A stretch of 64,000 nt of DNA, taken from assembly GCA_002189035.1 (NCBI GenBank), contig NEEC01000016.1:1426001-1490000 (forward strand), given 5' to 3'. Every line of letters starts with the position of its first letter. Position 1 is the stretch's first letter. This document shows positions 29,801 through 41,281 of the stretch, piece after piece. Source of the DNA: Utricularia gibba (lineage: Eukaryota; Plantae; Magnoliophyta). The notes below the pieces were generated by a model that had not been told where the DNA came from, did no database searches, and saw only the letters and a program-made list of their open reading frames with translations. Position numbers and translations under genes: made by a program.

Positions 29801-31500
29801 CAGTGAAGTTTGATAAAATGGACGCCAAGGGTTAGTTTATTCTGTTTACGTGTATTTATTATCTGTTTTGTCTCTTCAATTCCTCATCAATATGGTGCTG
29901 TTACTGGATGCACTGTCATCCTCGTGAGTTGTTCTTGAACACTTGTCGTTCTTATTAGGGATTGAGACTGTCCGAAGAGATAATTGTCTGCTGGTTAGGA
30001 ACCTGGTGAGCGAATGTCTCAATAAAATATTGATCGACAGAGATATCCCCGGTGCAGTTCAGTACGTCAAGAACACAATAGAAGATCTTCGTATGAATCG
30101 CATGGATCTATCTCTTTTAGTCATAACCAAGGTAAGGTTTTGTTTAAGGCTAGTAGAAATCCTTGGCAGCGAAGCTCTACCCTGTTTTTTCAATTTGACC
30201 TCACTTTTAATGCTGAACCCTTTCTCAATAGGGTCTAACAAAAACAGGGGATGATTACGAAGTCAAAGCCGCACATGTTGAGCTTGCAGAACGAATGCGC
30301 AAGGTTGGCATTTTGAAATATGTTTGTCGGCTTTCTTCAACAGGAATTCCTTCATTTTATTGAGAAAAAAATCAATATTTACCTTCTATCTAAAGATTTC
30401 TTAATTTTATTGCTGTGTTCTAGAGCTCGCGATGTGTAATCTCCTTTTATTGATTTAATTTCTTGCAGCGGGATCCTGCGACTGCTCCGAATGTAGGTGA
30501 TCGTGTGCCGTATGTAATCATCAAAGCAGGAAGCAAAGCCAAGGTGTGAAAGTTTTTTTCAATTTTCCAGCTAAATCGTTGGGTTACTTACCATCTGTTT
30601 GTTAACAGGCATATGAGAAGTCAGAGGATCCCATCTATGTGTTAGAGAACAATATTCCTATCGACTCCATGTACTACCTTGAAAATCAAATCAGTAAGGT
30701 TTGTATTTCCATCTTCAAAGTTTTCATTCTGCAATTAATTTTCCATGACTAAGAATTCTCCTTTGCAGCCATTGCTCAGGATCTTCGAACCTATTCTGCC
30801 AAATGCCAAAGCAGAACTTCTCCATGGGGATCATATGAGATCCATTTCCCTTTCTTCCCCTTCAAGTGGTGGTATCATGAAGTTTGTTGAAAAGAAACTA
30901 AGTTGCATTGGGTGCAAAGTACAGCTTGGGTAAGGCTTGCATATGATTCATATCCGACTTTCAGGAGTTCCCCCATGTGGAGTCTCCAGAAATGCTTCAA
31001 AAATGGCTGCCCATAATGCTTTTGCATGCTGCAAAACAAGTGCTCTATTTTCTAATTTCTGTTACAGAAATTCAGAGCATACCCTGTGCCGTCACTGCAA
31101 GGGACGGGAAGCAGAGCTGTATTGCAAGTCTGTCGCTAATGGTGCCGCCATCTTAAGCATTGTTTATTTCTTCGAATTTTCCTATCCCTTTCTTGTAATA
31201 ACCCATCTCTGTTTGCAGTGGCTGACCTCGAGGAGCTTTTCGGTAGGCTTTGGACGCAATGTCAGGAATGCCAAGGCTCCCTTCATCAGGATGTGCTTTG
31301 CACAAGGTCAGACATGTGCTTCTCTTCTAGTTAAATTGCTCAAATAGTTCCCGATTTTTACCTGCATCTTCCTTTTCATTCTCTATGCTTCTCACTACTC
31401 GTGTTCCGCCAGTCGGGATTGCCCCATTTTCTATCGAAGGAAAAAGGCACAGAAAGACATGGGAGAAGCAAGGCTACAATTAAATCGTTGGAACTTCTGA
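23843..31500 (+). CDS. POLD1: DNA polymerase delta catalytic subunit, 30 exons, apparently intact
   Basis: Exonuclease motifs LSFDIEC and [12 protein letters not shown]. Polymerase motifs [22 protein letters not shown] and [10 protein letters not shown]-terminal CysA and CysB clusters, ending [21 protein letters not shown] (TGA 31498-31500). Confidence 0.97.
24412..24432. repeat. (CT)n microsatellite in POLD1 intron 2
   Basis: About ten CT units are visible. Confidence 0.85.
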
Positions 31501-31964
31501 TCACTGGTGAAGCAGAAGCTTGCATGCCTTGGTACACTCTGAAGTTCGGATACATCACAATGGCTATGCTGTCTTTATGTTTGCAGCTGCCTTCCTCTTG
31601 CAACCGGATTCAGTTCCTCATCCTAGTTTTTGGCCTGTGCCCGGGATCGTTACGAAGAACTGCAGTTTTTCCTTATCCGGTAAGAACTTAGCGCAGAACA
31701 TGAACTCGGATCGCACCTCCCCTATCGTTGAAGGCCTGCATCTGATGGTTGCTGCACTTTTTGTGGCGAGGAACTGAGGCTTCAGCCAACCTGAGCATAT
31801 CTTTTTGCTTCTCTGTTGTACAGATGCGTTGTACTGATGTATGCCAAGAAACGTAAACCTGTTGACAATCCCGCCTACGCATTCACCAATGGAATTCTCA
31901 TCCTGTTCTGGATGAGTAACAAGAAAGAAAAGGCTGCTGGTTTGCAGTGTTTTGGTGTACGTAG

Positions 31965-32439
31965 GATATCGCCAGTTGTCGTCATTGTCCGGCTTAGGCA
32001 ACGAAGAAGCTTGGGAGAAGGGTAGAGGAGACAGGTGGCGATCATTCGCCATGGAGGGGGGCTGTGGAACAGGGGAAGAAGAATAGACGCCGCCGCTCAA
32101 TCCTGAATTCCGATGATAGGTTTGCGCTTGCTTCGATACGTTCGGCTACTGTCCTCCCGGGTCTCTGAACTTGGTAAGATGAATTTTAGACGGAAGCTTC
32201 AAACCCTGGTCGACTCGGAAATGCATTCCTGTGCGGCTGCTTTGCTTCCTTGAGATCTTGCAGTTTCCTGTATCACTCTCTTCGTAATTCTGCCGTGGTT
32301 TGCGATTGAGAAGACGCGATCATGTTCATTGTTGTTGTTAGTATCATTGTTGCTGTTATCGGAATCGGTGGAGTTGGAGGAAGAGGTTTCTGGGCAGGTG
32401 CCCCCCCTTCTTCGATATTTTTACCCTTCCGGGCTTCAT
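31965..32439 (-). pseudogene. NF-YB (NF-YB7-like) pseudogene
   Basis: NNNNEHDRVFSIANHGRITKRVIQETA...AAAQECISE and then GFEA...KIHLTKFRD match the NF-YB histone fold (EQDRFLPIANVGRIMK...KISKEAKETVQECVSE...LGFE). The DKCQREKRKTINGDD core is deleted and there are small frameshifts. Confidence 0.75.
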
Positions 32440-32491
32440 GTTTCAAGGGAAATGTGAGGACTGGGGATTCTTTTCTTGTTTCTTTTCCAAC

Positions 32492-32632
32492 AATTTCTGG
32501 GAGAAGGAGAAGAATTCAGGGCGATACAATCACGCGGGGTTCTTACAGGGGCACCATTTTTCGGTTCTTTGTTTGGTCACAGTCGAGGAGATGATTCTGA
32601 GCGGATCCGAGGATTCGACGATTCGGATATGG
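32492..32632 (+). pseudogene. Isolated WD40-repeat fragment (JINGUBANG-like family)
   Basis: NFWEKEKNSGRYNHAGFLQGHHFSVLCLVTVEEMILSGSEDSTIRIW is one complete GH...W WD40 repeat. There is no start codon and no further repeats. Confidence 0.75.
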
Positions 32633-32799
32633 ATAAATATGAACTGGCGCCCATTTCTTGTTAGCAATCACTGTTGGGATATACGGAAGTGTTGGAATTT
32701 CAGGCAAACCATATGGATGTCTTATTTAGATTTTGGAGCAGTAGTAGTGCTTGTGATCAGACATGCATTTTCTTAATCGAGAAACAGGCACATGCGCAC

Positions 32800-33077
32800 A
32801 CCACCGACGGACCTTTGGACGTCTGATGCTTGCCATGGACAAACTCTTTGTACTCAGATTCTTCTTCATCTTTTCGTGCAGAGAACCTGGCTGTTCTCCC
32901 AACAGGCAGCAACATCATGTAAAAGGAGAGTGAATGAATCATTTCACTTGCATAAGATGCAACTCAAGGCTTACTTGAAGAGCTGGAGGTCTCCGCGAGT
33001 TCTCTACCCGCTGTTTCAGATGAAATCAGGGCTGCAATCAAGAGTAAGGCAACAAGGAGACGTGACCTGAAGCCCAT
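32800..33077 (-). pseudogene. Probable class II glycine-rich protein remnant (signal-peptide exon 33077-32975 plus a possible short second exon)
   Basis: MGFRSRLLVALLLIAALISSETAGRELAETSSSS followed by a GTAAGC donor resembles the GRP leader (ISSEVAARELAE). No Gly-rich exon was found. Confidence 0.5.
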
Positions 33078-33326
33078 ATTTGGATGCAGACGTTGGAGGT
33101 AGTTTTCTTTGTTATTTAATTAAACTCACCTTGAAAGGTGTCACTGATTCAAGAATCACGTCTATCTGATACCCTCAGCGTCTTCCACGTATTTTCTTCC
33201 AGTGGGAATTGGATAGACTTGCTTCTCTGTAAATTGAAGATATTGGCTTTGGCTTCATGTTAATCAATCGTAAAATGTTCATTCTACAGGAGTTAAGAAG
33301 TAAAGATCGCGTTTTGGGTGCGTGAT

Positions 33327-35434
33327 TTATGGCGTAGGTGGGATTGAGAAAATCCCCTTGATTCCGGAGCCAGAGCACTTGCACCTGAGAATGATGTAAA
33401 CCGTGAGTCTGTAGACCAAGATGAAGCAAACCATGATCACGTAGTTTCTGTTACGAGCCTCAGTCGTAACTGCTCCTTGAGCTCTCGTCACCGGACGAGT
33501 GCGAGTGAAATCTTTTGCGGTCAGAGGTCTGAACGCAGCCCTCTTCTTGTTCCCTATCTTGCAAGATGTGAACAAGCCAATTAATTTCCAAAGCTGTCTC
33601 CACACAGACGTTCTACCTATTTATCCCTTACATGAGGTGGGCCTCACTGAAGCCCAAGCTACCTCACCCTACATAACACAACACTCGACAAAATTTAACA
33701 CCTAACAGGTCACAACGACATTAGTCCTCTTAATTCTTGGCACTTGGCCTTCTTGAGTAACATATCGGTTCCTTGGTAGCGGTGAGGTTCCTCACAGTTT
33801 CTCCATCTTTTGTTGTCGTCTCTAATGAATCCTTGTTCTCTCAGGACATCTTCCCCTGTAAAAACGCACTGCCCCATCATGAAATCCAGGCATTTCATGC
33901 CTGAGAACTCGTTGATCACCAATCCTTCGAAGGGGTACTTGAACAGGGATATGTAGTGCATGAATAGCCAGTAGTTTGGGATCCCCTGGTTGAACACGAA
34001 ATAGCCAGAGAAAAGGAAGAAGCCACCCATCACGGCTGATATTACTGAGAATGATCCAGATGAGGAGTAGGAAATGGCCGAACGCTGTGAAGCTCGGGTT
34101 CAGTCCTACGAGCCAATACAGTGGAACGGAGAACAAGATTGCTTGAATGAACAAGAAGGGAAGGTAAACTATCCCATTAGCAATTGCATAAGATGACACC
34201 TTGTAGCTTCCATTTGATGTTTCCTTCATTAGAATCTCCTTTTCTTGCAGAAAGATCGGCAGAGCGTCTATGGTGCTCGTGAGCAATAATGTCAACATGA
34301 ATGCAAATAACCCCATTCTCTCTTGTGTTCCTGTTATCCCATCCTTCAGATGGTAGAAGATAGAGCCAAGAACTAGCCCAGAAACCAGCATTGCGATTGA
34401 TCTGAAAGCAAATAGTTCTTTCGTTCTGCTGATGTTCATCCAGAATCTGTGGATGAGAATAGCGGTTTCACGGATCCATGAATTGGCAAATGTTTGGGGG
34501 AAATCAGGTGCGATTTTAATGGTTCCCTCGTCCACCGCTTTAGACTGCTGAAAGAGTTGTTGCAGAGTGAATCTCCCTGTTTTGCTCAGGCCTTCTTCCT
34601 TTCATGAATATGGACTTTCCTGATCCCTTTTTTCCAGTTGCTTCATGGCGTCGATCGATTCGATTGCGTGCTCAACGATATTGACATGATGCGGGATTTC
34701 GAGTCCCATCACCGCCATGTTGACGGAGAGAAGATCGACTCCGCCGTGGTGAAGAACACCACCATCAGCTAGGAGGAGAACAGAATTGAATTGCTTCACA
34801 AGTCTGAAGGCAGGCTGATGAATGCTCAGAACTATGGTACGTCCCTTCGTCTCCGCCATTGTTTTCAGCATGTCGATGATCTGAAAGGCAGAGCAACTAT
34901 CCAACCCTGACGTCGGCTCATCGAGAATCACCACCTTAGGTGAGTGAATAACCTCTACACCAATGGACACGCGGCCCCGCTCCCCACCAGAAATTCCCCT
35001 GACTCTGTCATCCCCCACCCTTTCCCCAGCCACATGACTCAGTCCAGCTCCTTCATCAAGGACTCCACCCGGAGACTCAGCTCCGGCTCCGGTAGACCCA
35101 ACCAGAGCTTCCCGCTGAACCTGAGAGTTTCCTCAACTATCAAGAAGGGAAACAATGTATCCCTCTGTGTTACATATCCTGACATTTTCCTGAACCAGGC
35201 TTTCTCCACCGGCTGTCCATTGACGACGAGGGAAGCCGATTGCGGAACGAGTCTTCCAGCGAGAATTTCCAGCAGCGACGACTTGCCGGCTCCACTGGGG
35301 CCAACGATGGCCAAGATCTTCCATGGCCTTGCCCTCAAGGCAACATTTTTGAGTACCCTCCGCCGTGCCCCGTTCACGTTTATGAAGTAGTTGATGTCGG
35401 TGGCCTCGATCTCACAGCCCTGCTTCTTCTTCAT
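33327..35434 (-). pseudogene. ABCG5: ABCG5-like half-size ABC transporter pseudogene
   Basis: MKKKQGCEIEA, Walker A GPSGAGKS, signature ISGGER, ILDEPTSGLD and TMD motifs. Lesions: 1-nt deletion near 35045, in-frame TGA at 34604-34602, frameshifting deletion near 34048, solo LTR at 33449-33796. Confidence 0.93.
33449..33796 (-). mobile_element. Solo LTR (348 bp) inserted in the ABCG5 coding sequence
   Basis: TG...CA ends (TGTTACGAGC / GTTCCTCACA) with a perfect 5-bp TSD GTTTC at 33444-33448 and 33797-33801. ABCG5 reads RWRN before and YVIMVCF after. Confidence 0.92.
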
Positions 35435-35847
35435 TGCAGATGTTGTTCCAAGAACGAGGAAGAGGAAGCCTGTTTCGCATGTGCCTTGCCCCTCCGTGAA
35501 GTTGTAATGTGGAGTCCGGAGCAGATCATTGGCTCCTCGTTTATACAAGCGACCTATCTGTCTGGTAATTCACGTGCTGCTTGAAGATATGTTGTGCAGT
35601 TGTTTGGAGCAACGATGGTGCTTGAGCTTGAGAAGTTGATTTCAAAAAGACAGTTAGCTACAACAGGTAAGTCTTGGGAATATTTAAACTACTTACTATG
35701 AAAGAGTCGACCGTTGCGGTAGATAGTGGGCTTCATTTGATGATTTGGTTTTGGGCTTTTCCATGCTGATGTCGGGCCTCATTCTCTAGTCGACCCAGGT
35801 TTCCCTCTCCTCCAGAATCGCAGCATTACAGAGACGCGGGTGCGCGG

Positions 35848-35905
35848 AGTCCTTCAGGGTTTTGGGTTTAGGGTTTCCCTAAACCCTAAACCCTAAGTCC
35901 TTCAG
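35848..35905. repeat. Head-to-head plant telomeric repeat insert with a 10-bp direct flanking duplication
   Basis: AGTCCTTCAG + GGTTTTGGGTTTAGGGTTTCCCTAAACCCTAAACCCTA + AGTCCTTCAG. Confidence 0.85.
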
Positions 35906-37978
35906 CATGGAGAGCTGATGCAGCACAATCTAACACTACTCCCGTGCCCTGGATTCGAAATCGCCATCTTCTAACACATGGCAACATGTTACATGGTACA
36001 CCTGTCTAGTCGATGAAAAAAACCGTCAAATATCTGTCTGGTACTGGGGGCATATATGGGATATCGTGGACATGGACAAGCCTAGATGAGTGCATAATGC
36101 CTTGTGTTCTGTGGTGGAGATTGCATGTGTTTTTTGTACAGGTGGGCGAGGGGGGCGTTTGCTCTGCAGTATCAGCCTCAAGATCTTTCTACCCTCAGAA
36201 GGAACAATATCTAGTGTCCGTACGCTCCTCCGACAAGAGGCCTAGGCAGGGACACAAGACAAGAGCAACAACCCAGGCCTCGTATCTACATTCAAAATAT
36301 CAGATAAAATGGTTCGCATGAAAGAAAGAAAGAATTTCTGGCCACAGGAGCAGAGAAATATCGGAGGGTCTCTCTTCCTGTGTCCTCTTCTCCCGAGGTA
36401 TTCAACCCGTGAGCTTCTGATGAAAACACTTGGCCGCATTTAGGAAGACCCTAATGACCCCCGTTTCCTTTCAGGCCAAGTGGAACCACGGCATGGCGCC
36501 CGTCTCAATGCAGCCCCCGGAGAAAATGGACATGGGGTTTGCAATTGCAGAAATGTTTGCTGCTAAAAGGTTAGACAATACTTTCGGGGTGGGTTTGTAG
36601 GATTGTTTTGAATAGGGTTTATTAGGTTATGGGAAACCAAGTGGCGGTGGGTGTCCGAATGGGAAGATTCCATTGTTTTTGTCATTTTCTTTATAAGGAT
36701 CTACTCATTCAATGCAGTGCAGCACCTAAAAGAAGAATATGTATACCTTGTGACTTTCTGATAACTACATTTTAACCCCCAATACTTGCGAAATTAACGC
36801 AAGACGCCATTTGTGAGCCATCCCTTCCCCGCTGTCGCTCTGCAGTGGAAGTTTTGTTAATCTCATGTCCACCTCCTCTGCTCTGTCTATTGAAGTGTGC
36901 TACTGAGAAACTCGCATCTTGGGATTGTTTGTAAAATGGGGTCCTTTTCTCTTCTTCTTTTTCTTTATCGCGTATATTGTTGCTCCCTAAAACGCTCGAG
37001 TCTGTTTTTAATTTAGGGAATGATCCACGACTCTTCTGATTTCATGCAATGTGTTTGATCAATGCTCCTTGAGAAAAAAAGAAGAACAAGAAACGAAAAG
37101 ATTCATTTTTCTTGATGCGTGATGCAAAAACTTTTAATTTTTTATGCTGGAGGTTTAAAATCAGGAAGTGGAGATTTTCCTACTACTTGTCCGATGCATA
37201 TGATTCATTTTGTTGAAGAATCAAATAAGTAGAGTAATAAGAATAACAGAAGTAATAAAAAAGAGGACAAATAAAGAAATTGATAATTCTAAATTAGAAA
37301 TGAAAATTATAAGATGATTCAAAATCATTTATTCAGTTAAAGGAAAGTCAAGCCATGTGTTTCTACATTTTAAGAAAATCATCTCCAAGATCAAGGAAAT
37401 AATTAAAAATAAAATGAAGATAATATTTTTTAACCATAAATTATGAATCTAAAAACAACTCTTGTGTTATGAATGATTTATGTTCCATGTTTTTCTTATT
37501 CTAATTTATGATGTAAAAAACAAACTTTATGCATACTTTTTTTTTATTTATTGTATTTTTTGTTATCATAGTAATTTATAATTTTTTTTCCTATGGATTA
37601 TTCCTTTCTCATTGATTCAATAACTTCTATGCCATCTTCTATCATCACAATCATGATAGAGACTCATGACACAACCAATAACCCTACTGTTGTGGTCAAA
37701 AACCAGTTTATGGAAGATAATCAATTTTCGGGTAACAGATTTGATTGCCTCGGATTCAATTTGTGTGCTTTGGGATCCCCGGGTTGCTATGTTGATGACG
37801 GAAATAACAAGGGATAAGGATTTTTGCATGGAAAATGTTGGAAGAGGGAAAAACCATGGAATTGACAAAGCTCGTCAAAGTAATGGGGTTTCACTAAAGG
37901 TGGAGAAATTGAGGATACAAAAAGGAATGTAGAGAATTCAATATTTTCTTCTTCAAATTTCCTATTTATAAATGGAGT

Positions 37979-38477
37979 TGTTATGGGTAACGAAATAAGG
38001 CCGATTTAGGGTGATAGGTACGATCGGGAATATCACACTTAGTTATGTTTTTCGCAGTTTTTTCGATTTGATCGGTTGAAACAAGAGTAGGTTAAGATTT
38101 TTACGTGGAAATTACCGGAGGGCGGAAAAACCATGAAGCTATCGGAGCTCGCCGAAGAAGATTTCCACTCGACAGAGATGGCAAAATAAGACACAGGTTG
38201 GGAAGTTCAAGGTCCAATCCTTTTCTCTTTAGGATTTGTTTTACTTATAGGAGGGGTCGAACTGTCAGCTCCCGAATTTTAGGGTTGGCGATTGCTTTTC
38301 GTGCCTGTATTATGATTCTGCTTTTTAGCGGATCGCCGTCTGCACTACATCAATTCGGCCGCTTTCTAGACTATGTCTCTGACCTGCATCGTTCGGTCGG
38401 CTGGCGTGATCCTATAAGAACATCTTTTGGCAGCTTTTCAGAGATCGGCTAATTATACCCGATTTGTACCCTCATCA
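37979..38477 (-). mobile_element. Solo LTR of a Tat-type gypsy family (499 bp)
   Basis: Minus-strand ends TGATGAGGG...CCCATAACA, TSD GGAGT/GGAGC, similar to the LTR at 62188-62734. Confidence 0.85.
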
Positions 38478-38779
38478 GGAGCTAATTCGATCGAATTTTG
38501 CATATGTCAACTACTTTATGTGTCTGGTAGTCGTATTGTGGTTCTATTAACAAATAACTATCGATTGCTCTAACATCATTGTAATTCCATTACTTTTCAA
38601 ACTACCACAATGGCTGCTACAACCTAGTTCTAACACTTATCGATCTGTTGGTCTGCTGCAGTCTATCAAAATATGACTGAGACCTCCCAATCGATATTAT
38701 GCGAGAAGAAATCAATTTTGTTATCTTCTAGTTCACCAATTTATAAGAATCTCCTCTGCTCATCTCCACATGACAACTA

Positions 38780-39303
38780 TTGATCTCAGGTTTCATCACC
38801 CACTATCCTCAACATTACAAATTTCATCGACGTAAACTTAATCATAACAATTACCATCATTAGAAAGAGATGACGTTAGAGATTACTTACTTCTAAGGTC
38901 TCTTTTGTCATCTCACTAGAGAAACATCTCCATTATCCATATATATTGTGATAGATATTTGCAAAAAATCTCTTGCATCACAAATCTAGATCCTTGAATA
39001 TATGAAGTTGTAAAAATTAGATCGATTTCTTTGTAGTTGGATAATAGTTATTATGTTAGAGTAATCTTGGCCCTTGATTCTTGGATGTGAGATAACCACA
39101 ACGATATGAGAGGTTTTAAGGGATGCTTATATTCAAAGTCTAAAGAGCAAAAATTTGCTCTTGGATATCAACTTGTTCAACTATATAAACAAGTAGATCA
39201 ATCTCTAGATTATCACCTCATGAAACTTAAATCACTACTTGATCAATTGGTGGAAATTAGAGAGCTCATCAAACCTAACAATCATTCATGTAACAAAACA
39301 TAA
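38780..39303 (+). mobile_element. Degraded copia gag remnant
   Basis: Translations NITNFIDV...NYHH*KEM, KLDRFLCSWII...PLILGCE and MKLKSLLDQLVEI resemble copia gag, with stops. Confidence 0.55.
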
Positions 39304-39665
39304 GTTTAAATCTACTTAAATCTTTGTTTTTCCCTAATTTTTTTGTCTACATCTAACTAAGACTATTTAAGATAAGAATCACTACTTATCCCTTCGGGAT
39401 ATATCCTAGTTTGATAAAGAATCAGTGTGATTAACCAACTAATGTAGTCTAATAAACAATAATCATGCACAATTTCTTTTGCCTCAAGGCATCACATACA
39501 TTTAGCCACTTATGTTGAAGTAAAATAAAATAATTTCATAACATAACATCAAAATCATGTTCATGGCGTAGCTTAACAAAGAGAAGATAAACAATAGCAC
39601 AAAATCAAAATAACAAAACGCTTAAATATTATTTTCAATGTACTCCTAGCTGGGAGTAATTTGTC

Positions 39666-39766
39666 TGATAAAGAAATTTTCAAGTTTAGGCTTAGTTCCT
39701 ACGTTCTTCTATATAGTAATGATGAAGAAATTTTCAAGTATGGACTTAGTTCCTACGTTCTTCTGT
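39666..39766. repeat. Tandem duplication of about 54 bp
   Basis: GAAATTTTCAAGT...CTTAGTTCCTACGTTCTTCT occurs twice, 54 bp apart. Confidence 0.75.
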
Positions 39767-40756
39767 TTTGTGTTTTCCCCATTTTTTCTCAAGATCTCCT
39801 TCTTCATAATATTTGCGTGTTCCAAATGGTAGATCTCTTCTCTTTTCTTATCATGTCCAAAATCTGATTTTCTTGTTTGTTTGGATTTTGGTGTCCTTCA
39901 TTTCAGCTTTTATCCTCATCTTCTACCTTCTTTATTATTAACTTTCAACTCTTTGAGATTTGAATTGTTGAAAATGTATTGTATTGATCAAAGAATATTA
40001 AACAATATTATATGTTATGAACTAAAAATTTTCATTAGAATTTATTTTCAATTATTACAATGAAGTGTAAATATATTTGAAAACAATATTTTTTTTAAAA
40101 ATATGATTTCCAACATAAAGTAACACTATTTTCAAATAATATATGTTTTCTAAAGTATTATTTAAATATTTATAACAAAAATTAGTAATATTTCAAATCA
40201 TAATATACTCTTATTGTGTTTGAATAAAAATAAAATGGTATATTCATTTTTTAGTAATTTATATTCGATATATTTTTATTATTATTCATTACATTTCTTT
40301 TATATTGAATAACTATCAAATAATTTAATGATTTCATAAAAAATAAAATTAAATGAATTAATAAAAATAAAATTTTTAATATTTTTATAATTTAAAAAGA
40401 CAAAATATAATTCATAATTATTTTAGATAAAATATTATCAATTATTATTATTAGAATTTGAACGTAAAAAAATATAAAATAACTCTAAAAAGCAGAGAAG
40501 TAGAATGTCGAGATGATCTTAGTACTTATTCAAATGGATTTAAAATAAATATCAATAAAGAATCTGATAATTGTGAGACATCTGATAAAAAATATCTACT
40601 CATTTAGATTGTAGAAATAGGAGGAGCCAATATTCTTGTATATGATGAATGTCTAAATCTTGAACTTTGACATATTTGGAGATTGGTATTTAGAAGATTC
40701 TCATCATATCTCTTGTCCAACTCATCAAGCATACGTCGAGTTTGAGGATGACATCT

Positions 40757-41281
40757 TGTTAAGGGCAAAAATCGGTATGCCGGTTTAGACCGATTTTCGT
40801 GTTGCTGGTGGTGTCGTTTTCCTTGTTTATCGTCTGTTCGGTTCATTTGGATATAGCAAAGATAGACGGGGATTTTTTACGATGAAATCACCGTGAGGCG
40901 GAAAAACCACGGAACTGTCAGAGCTCGCCGAAGAAGAATGTTTACTAGATGAGGGTGACGAAGAAAAGTACAGGCTAAAAGGCTTGAAGTCCCTCCCTCT
41001 CTTGTTGCTATGATTCCTACTATTTATACGGAGGGGGTCAACTCGACCGAATCATGAACTTCACAGGTATCGGCTGCCTTTCTGCACTTGTGCTATGATC
41101 CTGCTTTTCAGACAATCACCGCCCATCCTGTCGTAACTCGATTATTCTTCAGACTGATCCATGCCGCTCTTGTCATATCTCCTGACAGGGATCGATCTGC
41201 TGTTAGGCACTATCTTATCGGAAATCTCGCCTGACAGCCTTTTTGATAAACCAACTTCCCCAACCGATTTATATCCCATCA
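40757..41281 (-). mobile_element. Second solo LTR of the same Tat-type family (525 bp)
   Basis: Minus-strand ends TGATGGG...CCCTTAACA, perfect TSD CATCT (40752-40756 and 41282-41286). Shares GGCGGAAAAACCA...GAGCTCGCCGAAGAAGA with 37979-38477. Confidence 0.88.

Noticed and set aside
31618-32100. 160-aa minus-strand ORF downstream of POLD1
   Set aside because: Its start overlaps the NF-YB pseudogene tail, the rest matches no family I recognise, and it has no ATG start. It is not called as a gene.
33740-33796. EPHRYQGT in ORF 33710-34033 looks like histone H3 KPHRYRPGT
   Set aside because: It lies at the end of the solo LTR, the match is only a few residues, and no histone fold follows.
35858-35895. 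Ancestral chromosome end-to-end fusion site
   Set aside because: There are only about five repeats, the flanks are an exact direct duplication, and apparent gene collinearity continues on both sides. This fits local break repair better.
35990-36560. GC-richer stretch with short ORFs and splice-like signals, possibly another decayed gene
   Set aside because: No frame on either strand gave a recognisable motif. A BLASTx search would be needed.
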